Part shown: in pieces, positions 1-7,782 of the stretch
Position numbering within the stretch: the stretch's first letter is position 1
How the letters are laid out: the number at the start of each line of letters is the position of its first letter
From: an uncultured Gemmatimonadales bacterium
GTDB lineage: Bacteria; Gemmatimonadota; Gemmatimonadetes; Gemmatimonadales; GWC2-71-9
Length of the DNA stretch: 64,000 nt
NCBI GenBank assembly: GCA_963771275.1
Contig: CAVYSW010000003.1
Span: 864,001 to 928,000, forward strand
Direction of reading: 5' to 3'
Translations under genes and position numbers: made by a program
The notes under the pieces: model-generated
Database searches by the model: none
The model's input: only the letters and a program-made list of their open reading frames with translations
Told to the model about the DNA's origin: nothing

Positions 1-255
1 CAGCGCCTCGAGGTGAACCCGGCGATGCAACTCGTCCAGATGCCCGATCCCGCGGATCACGGCGCGGAGGAACAACGCGGCTGGGATCACCGGGATCAGC
101 GCCACGAGGAACCGAATCCACGCGGCAAGCTGGAGGCGCTGCTGCAGGTCGTGGTCGAGAAAGGCGCGGGTACCGAGGAAGGTCACCACCCAGACGATGG
201 TCACCAGGAGGTCGTACCGCGCGTGGCGCTGGTGTGCAGCATCTGGAGTAGTCAT
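1..255 (-). CDS. Small membrane protein, partial (runs off left edge; not in the ORF track)
   Basis: ATG at 255 with GAGG upstream. Reads MTTPDAAHQRHARYDLLVTIVWVVTFLG...FLVALIPVIPAALFLRAVIRGIGHLDELHRRVHLEAL: two hydrophobic helices then a DELxRR motif. Confidence 0.7.
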   Translation of the reverse strand, partial: MTTPDAAHQRHARYDLLVTIVWVVTFLGTRAFLDHDLQQRLQLAAWIRFLVALIPVIPAALFLRAVIRGIGHLDELHRRVHLEAL

Positions 256-297
256 GGCATCCTCGAGAAAGAAGCTCGTTGGTAGAACGAGTCGAAG

Positions 298-334
298 GTA
301 AAGCTTGCTTGTCTTGATGTCAAGTATACTTGTC
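298..334. promoter_or_regulatory. Tandem imperfect palindromic operator, 21-bp period
   Basis: GTAAAG-CTTG-CTTGTC (298-313) and GTCAAG-TATA-CTTGTC (319-334) in an AT-rich patch upstream of the 1..255 gene. Confidence 0.55.
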
Positions 335-491
335 TAAGCGTGCCCCGCATGATATCATCCGTCATGCCAGCGCAGGAGCCGGCGCCGTCCGGGCGTTCCC
401 GTCCCGAGCAGCGGGATCGCAGTAGCTCGACCAATGCGCGGGACGCCAGGCGTCGCGCATCCACGTCCGTGGAGGCTCGCTGACCCGAATC

Positions 492-1703
492 GTGGTGGTG
501 GGGGCCGGTGCCGCCGGCACCATGGCGGCCATCGCCGCCGCGTCCGCCGGAGCGGACACCGTCCTGCTCGAGCGCACCGCCGACGGCGGCCGGAAGATCC
601 TCATCTCGGGCGGCGGCCGGTGCAACATCCTGCCGGCGCAGCTCGACGAGTCCCGCTTCGTCACCGACTCATCGGCGGCCACGCTACGGAAGATCATTCG
701 CTCGTGGCCTCTCGCCGAGCAGATCGCGTTCTTCGAGCGGGAGCTCAAGCTCCCGCTCGTCGAAGAGAGGGAATCGGGCAAGCTCTTCCCCGCCTCTCAT
801 CGGGCCCGTGACGTGCGCGACGGGCTGCTGGTGCTGGCCGGCCGGCGCGGGGCGCGGTTCTGCCCCAACACGATGGTGACCGGCGCCTCGCCGACCCCGC
901 GAGGGTGGCAGGTCGAGCTCGCGTCTGGCACGCCGCTGGAGGCGGACGCCCTGATCTTCGCGACCGGCGGGCTGTCGGTGCCCCGGACGGGAAGCGACGG
1001 GCACGGGTTGAAGATCGCCGAGCAGCTCGGCCATACGCTGCACCCCACGTACGCCGCGCTCACACCGCTCACGGCGACGCCGCCGCCGTTCGGCCACCTG
1101 GCCGGCATCTCGCTCCCCGTCACCATCACGGCCCGCGATGGGCGCCGCACGGCGACGGCGACGGGCGGGTTCCTCTTCACCCATCAGGGCTACAGCGGAC
1201 CGGCGGTGCTCGACGTGTCCCACGTCGCCGCGCGCGCGGACCCCGCATCCCCGGCCGAAATCCGCGTGCGCTGGACCGGGCTCGACGAGAGTGGGTGGGA
1301 GGCGGCGTTGCGTCCCGAAGGAGTCCGCACCGTGCTGGGGGCGCTCCGGGCCCGACTGCCCGAACGCCTGGCGCTGGCGCTGCTGGGCGTGGCGGGGGTG
1401 GATCCCGCGAGCCCGTTGGCACAGTTGCGGCGGGCCGAACGCTTCCGGCTCGTGGAAACGCTGGTGCGCGGTGTGCTGCCCTGGTCGGGGCACGAGGGGT
1501 ACAAGAAGGCGGAAGTGACGGGCGGGGGCGTGAGCCTCGCGGAGATCGACCCACGGACCATGGAGAGCCGACGACACCGCGGCCTGTTTCTCTGCGGAGA
1601 GATGCTCGACGCCTTTGGCCCGATCGGGGGATACAACTTCCTGTGGGCCTGGGTGACGGGCCGCGCGGCGGGACTGGGTGCGGCACGACAGCCCGCCCGA
1701 TGA
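492..1703 (+). CDS. HI0933/YhiN/BaiN-family FAD-dependent oxidoreductase
   Basis: GAGAAG, GRKILISGGGRCN, ATGG.S.P.TGSDG.G, FTH.G.SGP, AEVTGGGV, GE.LD..G.IGGYN. True start may be CTG 480 (GGAGG at 471-475). Confidence 0.92.
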   Translation: MVVGAGAAGTMAAIAAASAGADTVLLERTADGGRKILISGGGRCNILPAQLDESRFVTDSSAATLRKIIRSWPLAEQIAFFERELKLPLVEERESGKLFPASHRARDVRDGLLVLAGRRGARFCPNTMVTGASPTPRGWQVELASGTPLEADALIFATGGLSVPRTGSDGHGLKIAEQLGHTLHPTYAALTPLTATPPPFGHLAGISLPVTITARDGRRTATATGGFLFTHQGYSGPAVLDVSHVAARADPASPAEIRVRWTGLDESGWEAALRPEGVRTVLGALRARLPERLALALLGVAGVDPASPLAQLRRAERFRLVETLVRGVLPWSGHEGYKKAEVTGGGVSLAEIDPRTMESRRHRGLFLCGEMLDAFGPIGGYNFLWAWVTGRAAGLGAARQPAR

Positions 1704-1730
1704 GCGCCGCCCCGCCTCCGGCGGCGCCGT

Positions 1731-1759
1731 TTGCGTCCGCCCCCGGGCTGTGCTACGAT
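1731..1759 (+). promoter_or_regulatory. Putative sigma70 promoter with extended -10
   Basis: TTGCGT-N17-TACGAT with TG-n before the -10 box. Confidence 0.4.
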
Positions 1760-2039
1760 GCAATGAGGCGAACGACCATGCGTATCGACGTCCGGATCCC
1801 GTCCCACGCGGTCACGGCGTTCTCATTCCGCGGTTGCGTTCCGCACCTGCCGGCCCCCGGCTGCTGGCCCGAGCGGGGAGGGAAGGTCCCGCGGCTGTGC
1901 TTCCCCGCCCTCGACATCCTCGGGGGCCAGCGTGCCGACACCCCGCAGATTCCCACCCCGGGATCGAACCTCGACCATGGAGCACGGCGCCGCTGGTAGC
2001 GACCGCAGCCGTTTCGCACCGTCCTCAGCTCGTGAGTCC

Positions 2040-2888
2040 ATGATGCGCCCACTTCGCTTTTCGCGGATCACGGCGGGCATGCTGCTCGCGCTCGCGATGC
2101 CCCTCTCACGACTGCCGGCGCAGGGTATGACGTACGAGGTCTACGCCGTGCGGTACGGCACGCTCGCCGGGTTTCCGGTGAACGGCCTGGTGGCGGGCGC
2201 GGACAGCACCCGCGTCATGGACATCGCGATGATGGTCTGGGTGCTGAAGGGCGCGGGACGCGTCGTCCTGGTGGACGCCGGGTTTCACCGCCAGAAGTTC
2301 CTCGATGAGTGGAAGCCCGCGGATTTCACACGACCCTCCGACGCCCTCGCGCCCCTGGGGATCGCGCCGCGCGACGTGACCGACATCATCGTGACCCACA
2401 TTCACTGGGACCACATGGACGGGCTCGATCTCTTCCCCAACGCGCGGGTGTGGATTCAGCGCGCCGAGTACGAGTACTACGTCGGCGACGATGGGAGTGC
2501 CCGACATCGCGCCATCGACCCCGACGATGCGAAGATGCTGGCGGACCTCAAGGCCGCCGGCCGCGTCGAGCTGGTGGACGGGGACGGGCGCGAGGTCATG
2601 CCGGGTGTGACCGCCTACACCGGCGGCCGCCACACCTACGCGTCACAGTACCTGGGGGTGCGGACGGCGGCGGGCACGGTCGTGGTCGCGTCCGACAACT
2701 GCTATCTCTACGAGAACCTCGAGAAGCACGCGGCGATTGCACAGACGCTGGACGCCGCCTCCAACCTCGCCGCGCTCGACCGGATGGCGTGGATCGCCAG
2801 CAGTCCCCGCCTCATCGTGCCGGGACACGACCCGGCCGTGTTCGAGCGGTTCCCCAGGCCCGGGAAGGGCATCGCGAAGATCGAATAA
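2040..2888 (+). CDS. Secreted metallo-beta-lactamase-fold hydrolase, N-acyl homoserine lactonase family
   Basis: Signal peptide, LVDAG, THIHWDHMDG (HxHxDH), GRHT, ASD, PGHD. Confidence 0.85.
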   Translation: MMRPLRFSRITAGMLLALAMPLSRLPAQGMTYEVYAVRYGTLAGFPVNGLVAGADSTRVMDIAMMVWVLKGAGRVVLVDAGFHRQKFLDEWKPADFTRPSDALAPLGIAPRDVTDIIVTHIHWDHMDGLDLFPNARVWIQRAEYEYYVGDDGSARHRAIDPDDAKMLADLKAAGRVELVDGDGREVMPGVTAYTGGRHTYASQYLGVRTAAGTVVVASDNCYLYENLEKHAAIAQTLDAASNLAALDRMAWIASSPRLIVPGHDPAVFERFPRPGKGIAKIE

Positions 2889-3034
2889 GGCGGCGGGATG
2901 GCCCGTTCACGGGCAGGACGGGCCGAGTTGGGGCTTGAGCGGCATTCGAGGCAGCGCTGCGACGAGACCGCTGCCGCCCCGGGCCGGTGTGCCAAACGCT
3001 GGCGGCCCCGCCCAAATCTCCGTATCATGCTCCC

Positions 3035-3379
3035 ATGCGCCGCCCCAGTCGCGCGCTCCATTGGACCTACCTCCTACTCGCCAGCCTGCAGCTCTCGCTG
3101 CCGGCGGCGGCGACCTTGGCGGACGCCCGCCTCGAGGCCGCGACCGCCAGTCTGCCGGCCCACGTCGAGCACGTCCGCCACGGCTGCGCGCGGGTCCACC
3201 CGACTGATTGTGCGCTTTGTCAGTTCCTCGCGCTCAACTACCTGGGTGGCGGCCCGGTTGCGGTCGCGATCGCCGTCGAGGACCAGGTATCCGCGGTCTC
3301 ACACGATGCCGTGCTGCCTCACGCCGCAGCCGCGCCGCGGCTCCCCCATCAGCGCGCTCCGCCCCTAACGCTCCTCTAG
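3035..3379 (+). CDS. DUF2946-like leader protein (signal/TM helix, His/Cys motif with CxxC, C-terminal RAPP)
   Basis: MRRPSRALHWTYLLLASLQLSL...HVEHVRHGCARVHPTDCALC...PHQRAPPLTLL, directly upstream of a TonB-dependent receptor. TATCAT lies 6 nt before the ATG. Confidence 0.75.
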   Translation: MRRPSRALHWTYLLLASLQLSLPAAATLADARLEAATASLPAHVEHVRHGCARVHPTDCALCQFLALNYLGGGPVAVAIAVEDQVSAVSHDAVLPHAAAAPRLPHQRAPPLTLL

Positions 3380-3507
3380 CACCCACATCAGTGATCCTCC
3401 CCGCCGTCCGGCGGGGCCACTCGGACTCGTGCGCCAGCGCGCACCGCCTCGGCTTACGCCCGAGCGCGGAGCGGGTGACGCACGCACACGTGGTGAGGAG
3501 CGTTTCC

Positions 3508-5775
3508 ATGCGTCGTCTGCACCCTTGGGTGGACTTGCCGCTCGTGCTGTTTTCGCTGACCATCATCACCCCCCCGGCCGCGGCCGCCCCTGCGGCCCCC
3601 TCCGTCACCGGCCGAGTGACGACGCCCGACGGGGCCCCGTTGGCGGGCGCGACTGTCGAGGTCCTCGATCTCGGCCGGTCCGTCCAGACCGACCCGGACG
3701 GCCGCTACGTCCTCCGCCAGATGCCGTCCGGCAGCTTCAGCGTGTCGTTCCGGGCGATCGGCTACGCCCCGGAGCTCCGTCGCGTGACTGTGGGATCGGC
3801 CGATCTCACGATCGACGTAACGCTCAAGCCGTCGGCCATCGAGCTGCCGGCCGTGCAGGTCACGGCGAGCGCCAATGCCACCAGCGCGCTCGAGTCCCCC
3901 CAGCCAACCACCGTGCTGGACGCCGATGCGATCCGGCGCGCGGAGGCGCCCAGCTTGGGCGAGACGCTCGAAGGCGTCGCGGGCGTGCACAGCCTCGGCA
4001 CCGGGGTGGGAATCGGGAAGCCGGTGATCCGCGGCCTCACCTCCAACCGGGTCCTCGTGCTGGACGACGGGCAACGCCTCGAGACGCAGCAATGGGGCGA
4101 TGAGCACGGACCGCAGATCGAGGCCGCCGGCGCCGAGCGCATCGAGATCATCCGCGGGCCGGCGAGCGTGTTGTATGGCTCTGACGCGCTGGGCGGCGTG
4201 ATCAACGTCATTCCGCCGGGCCTGCCGGACGCCATCGGCCGCTCGCCGTTCATGCACGGGAGCCTGAGCGGCGGGTTCTCGACCGACAACCGCCAGCCCG
4301 ACGGGACGATGTCCCTCGAAGCGGCCAGCGGTGGCTTCGGATTCCGCGCGTCCGGAACGGGGCGCACCAGTGAGAACGTCCGGACTCCCACCTACGAGCT
4401 GTGGAACAGCGGGAATCGCGCCCTCAACGGCAGCGCCGAGCTGGGCTACCGCGGGCCCTTCGGCGTGGTGACCGGGCGCTACACGTACCGCGACGAGCGC
4501 ATCGAGCTCACCGACGAAGACCCCGCCGCGACCCCATTCCAGCGCATCGGCGAGCACCGCGCGCGTGTCGACCTGCTGCTGCCGGTCGGCGCGTGGCGCC
4601 TCGAGGCCAACGCGGGCTACGAGCGGAACCGGCGGCGCGAGTTCGAGGAAGCCGGCGCCACCACGGTGACACTCGGGCTGCTGTCCACCAGCTACACCGG
4701 GGAAGTGCATGTCCACCACCCGACCGTCGGCCCGTTCGCCGGCATCCTCGGCGTCGCAGGGCAGCACACCGGGTTCGACAAGTTCGGAGCGGAGACGTTG
4801 ATTCCCGGCACGCGGGCCGGCAACGTGGGCGCGTTCGCGTTCGAGCAGGCCGACCTGGGCCGCTGGCAGCTGTCGTTCGGCGCGCGCTACGACTACCGCC
4901 ACCTCGAGGTCTCCGACGACGCCGGCCTCGGCGTAGCCGCGCAGACCCGCAGCTGGAATTCGCTCACCGGCAACCTCGGTATCCTCTACCACGTGGCGCA
5001 GCCGGTGGCGCTGGTGCTCAACGTGGGACGCGGGTTCCGCGCCCCCTCGAGCTTCGACCTGTTCTCGAACGGCGTCCACGAGGGCACCCTGGCGTTCGAG
5101 CGTGGCGACCCGGCCCTCAAGACCGAGAAGTCGCTCAACACGGACCTCGCCCTGCGGATCCTCTCCGCCACCACGGTGTTGGAGATCGGCGGCTTCGCCA
5201 ACGTGATTCAGGACTACATCTTCACGGTGCCCACTACCGACGTGGACTCGGCCTCCGGCTTCCAGATCTTCGATGTCGCGCAGGGGAACGCGTTGCTCAC
5301 CGGCGTGGAGTCGAGCATCGAGTTCCACGCCACCCCGTTTCTTCACCTGCACGGCACCGCCGACTACGTTCGCGGTCAGAACACGACGACCCACGAGCCG
5401 CTGCCGTCCATGCCGCCGCTGCGGGCGACCTACGGCGCGCGCCTGGAAGGCGACCTCGGCCATGGGTTGCGCGACGCCTACTTCTCGGTGGGCGGAGAAA
5501 CCAACGCGCGTCAGAGCCGGCTCGACCCCAACGAGGCGGGCTTCTTCGCCGCGGCGTTCGACGGCGCGGGCTATCAGTCACGGGGCTACACCTTGTTGAA
5601 CCTGGCGGCCGGATGCGCGCTCCCGACCGGTCCGGGGTGGGCGATGCGGCTCGACGTCACGCTGCGGAACGTCTTGAACACGGCGTACGCGGACTTCCTG
5701 AGCCGGATCAAAACGAACGCGCTGAACCCCGGTCAGGGGCGCAATCTGCTCGCCCGGGTGACGATGGAGTTCTGA
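3508..5775 (+). CDS. TonB-dependent receptor, probably metal uptake
   Basis: SD GAGGAG, signal peptide, carboxypeptidase-regulatory-like N domain, plug motif ERIEIIRGPASVLYGSDALGGVINVI, QQWGDEHG, NGVHEG, C-terminal Phe. Confidence 0.93.
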   Translation: MRRLHPWVDLPLVLFSLTIITPPAAAAPAAPSVTGRVTTPDGAPLAGATVEVLDLGRSVQTDPDGRYVLRQMPSGSFSVSFRAIGYAPELRRVTVGSADLTIDVTLKPSAIELPAVQVTASANATSALESPQPTTVLDADAIRRAEAPSLGETLEGVAGVHSLGTGVGIGKPVIRGLTSNRVLVLDDGQRLETQQWGDEHGPQIEAAGAERIEIIRGPASVLYGSDALGGVINVIPPGLPDAIGRSPFMHGSLSGGFSTDNRQPDGTMSLEAASGGFGFRASGTGRTSENVRTPTYELWNSGNRALNGSAELGYRGPFGVVTGRYTYRDERIELTDEDPAATPFQRIGEHRARVDLLLPVGAWRLEANAGYERNRRREFEEAGATTVTLGLLSTSYTGEVHVHHPTVGPFAGILGVAGQHTGFDKFGAETLIPGTRAGNVGAFAFEQADLGRWQLSFGARYDYRHLEVSDDAGLGVAAQTRSWNSLTGNLGILYHVAQPVALVLNVGRGFRAPSSFDLFSNGVHEGTLAFERGDPALKTEKSLNTDLALRILSATTVLEIGGFANVIQDYIFTVPTTDVDSASGFQIFDVAQGNALLTGVESSIEFHATPFLHLHGTADYVRGQNTTTHEPLPSMPPLRATYGARLEGDLGHGLRDAYFSVGGETNARQSRLDPNEAGFFAAAFDGAGYQSRGYTLLNLAAGCALPTGPGWAMRLDVTLRNVLNTAYADFLSRIKTNALNPGQGRNLLARVTMEF

Positions 5776-6035
5776 TTCAGATCGTGGCGCGGTGCCCGAT
5801 GGGCGTTCCCGGGCACCGCCCCTGGCGCGCCGGGCGCCTGGCGGACCACCACCCCGGGGGGAGTTCGCCGTCAGAAGCTCGTCGACCAGTGGGAAGCCTG
5901 CGGCGTTCACGCGCCCGTCGGACGCGCTGGCCCCCCGGGGACTGCGCCGGGCGACGTGACTGCCACGATCATGACTCTCGTGCCCTCGGATCACACAAAC
6001 GGGCCCGCCGACTTCCCAGCCCTGGCCTCGTGGGC

Positions 6036-6074
6036 TTGTCGCGCATGTCATATTATGGTATGATAATGGTATGA
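6036..6074 (+). promoter_or_regulatory. TA operon promoter and operator repeats, probably leaderless
   Basis: TTGTCG(6036)-N17-TATGAT(6059) with TGn extension, ATG 6 nt later. ATGGTATGA direct repeats at 6055 and 6066. Confidence 0.65.
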
Positions 6075-6334
6075 CAAAACGTAAGGTCGCGGTCACGGTG
6101 TCGCCCGAGGCGCTCGCGGCCGCCGAGCGGCTGCGCAAGCGCACGGGCGAGAGCCGGAGCGCCGTCTTCGAGCGGGCACTCCAGCAACTGGCGGACGACG
6201 AGCTCCGCGCCGAGCAGAGTCGCCGATACGTCGCGGGGTACCGGCGCGCCCCCGAGACGAGGCGCGACATCGACGCGGCGCTCGCGACGGCTGTCGTCGC
6301 ACTCGGCACGGAGCCCGCGGATGCGGAGGGGTGA
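6071..6334 (+). CDS. Ribbon-helix-helix (CopG-like) antitoxin
   Basis: KVAVTV beta strand, SRSAVFERAL helix, YVAGY..PE motif; overlaps the toxin gene. Confidence 0.8.
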   Translation: MTKRKVAVTVSPEALAAAERLRKRTGESRSAVFERALQQLADDELRAEQSRRYVAGYRRAPETRRDIDAALATAVVALGTEPADAEG

Positions 6335-6647
6335 GGTCTGGTGGGCTGAGCTTCCTGCGCCGGTGGGACGCCGTCCAGTCGTGCTGATCTCGCGCGATGA
6401 AGCGTACTCGGTGCGGGAGCTCGTCACGATCGCCCCCGTTACCACGCGCGCGCGCGATATTCCCGTCGAGATCCCCGTGGGGCGCGACGAAGGCCTCCCG
6501 AGAAGGTCGGTGGTCAACGCCGACACGATCACCACGATCCCGAAGCGCGCACTCGTCGACTACGCTGGCGTGCTGGACGGTGCGAAGCTCACCCAGTTGG
6601 ACGCGGCCATCCGGTTCGCGCTGGGGCTGAAGCGGGGATACCGCTGA
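6321..6647 (+). CDS. mazF: PemK/MazF-family endoribonuclease toxin
   Basis: MRRGEVWW, RRPVVLIS, IAPVTT, GLPRRSVVNADTITTI, G.L...L..LD.AI..ALGL. Confidence 0.92.
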   Translation: MRRGEVWWAELPAPVGRRPVVLISRDEAYSVRELVTIAPVTTRARDIPVEIPVGRDEGLPRRSVVNADTITTIPKRALVDYAGVLDGAKLTQLDAAIRFALGLKRGYR

Positions 6648-6668
6648 AGCCACTGGCGCGCCGGGCCC

Positions 6669-7730
6669 CTAGCGGGGCACCACCCCAACGTTCGCGATCG
6701 TCTCGCCCGCAGTCATCGACGGCACGCCACGCACAAACAGCACGATCCCGGCGACTGGCGCCCGCGCCTCGAACACCGTGCGACCCACGTAGTCCGTGAC
6801 GTAGCCCAGCATCATCCCCTCGGCGACGTACGTGCCGCGATCGACCAGCGGGTAGAAGATCCCGGTCGCCTCGCTGGCCACCGACACCACTCGCTCGATC
6901 CATACCGGATGCTCGACCGGCCGCGCGTGGCGGTCGAGCATGCCGAAATACCCCATCACGTTGAGGCAGCCGGTGATCAGCACTTCGACGTCCGCCGGCG
7001 CCACCGTGCCCACGCGGCCCGCCTCGACGGTGATCGCGGGCTTGCCGCGCGTCGCGGCGGTGTTGTCGAGGTAGCGGGAAGCGTTGGCGTCCTTGGGGCG
7101 GTCGGTCGAGATGATGACGTGGTCGAGGCCGAACGCCAGCACCATGGCGCGCGACACCGAGTCCTGCGCCGGCCGGCCGGTGGGCGACCAGTAGCTGTAC
7201 GGGCGAAGGTCCTCGTCCAGGTCCCCGCCGTGGAGGTCGATCAGGTAGTCGCTCTGCTCGACGACCTGCCGGGTGATGAGATACGAGGCGCGCTCCGTCT
7301 GGGTACCGTCGGGATTCCCCGGGTAGAAGCGGTTCATGTTCTTGCCATCCACCGGGTTCACGTGCGGCACCATCTGCTGAAACGACGCGATGTTGACGAG
7401 TGGCACGATGATCACCGTGCCGGCGAGCGCCGCCGGATCGAGCCGCCCGGCCACCCGCTCGAGCGCGACGATCGACGCGTACTCGGTGCCGTGCAGGCCC
7501 GCGACGAGCGCCAGCACCGGGCCGGGCTTCGCGCCGTTCACGACGACGACCGGGATGCTCATTCCCGAGTCCACACCCGGCGGCACGACGATGGCACCCG
7601 TGGCCACCGCGCCGCGCGCGGCGGTCGCGGAGCCGACGGTCACGCTGGCGTGCGGATCGCCACCGCGCTGCTGCGCGGCGGCGGGGACGGTGAGACCGGC
7701 GAGCATCAGGAGGAGAGAGACCGGCCGCAT
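6669..7730 (-). CDS. Secreted succinylglutamate desuccinylase/aspartoacylase (M14-like) family protein
   Basis: Signal peptide, AGLHGTEY, DGKNMNRFYPG, IDLHGG, TVEAG, C-terminal biotinyl-like hairpin. Confidence 0.88.
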   Translation of the reverse strand: MRPVSLLLMLAGLTVPAAAQQRGGDPHASVTVGSATAARGAVATGAIVVPPGVDSGMSIPVVVVNGAKPGPVLALVAGLHGTEYASIVALERVAGRLDPAALAGTVIIVPLVNIASFQQMVPHVNPVDGKNMNRFYPGNPDGTQTERASYLITRQVVEQSDYLIDLHGGDLDEDLRPYSYWSPTGRPAQDSVSRAMVLAFGLDHVIISTDRPKDANASRYLDNTAATRGKPAITVEAGRVGTVAPADVEVLITGCLNVMGYFGMLDRHARPVEHPVWIERVVSVASEATGIFYPLVDRGTYVAEGMMLGYVTDYVGRTVFEARAPVAGIVLFVRGVPSMTAGETIANVGVVPR

Positions 7731-7782
7731 GGTGCACACTCCGCTATGGGGTGGGCGAAGGTGCGGCCCGCCCGCCGCCGCG

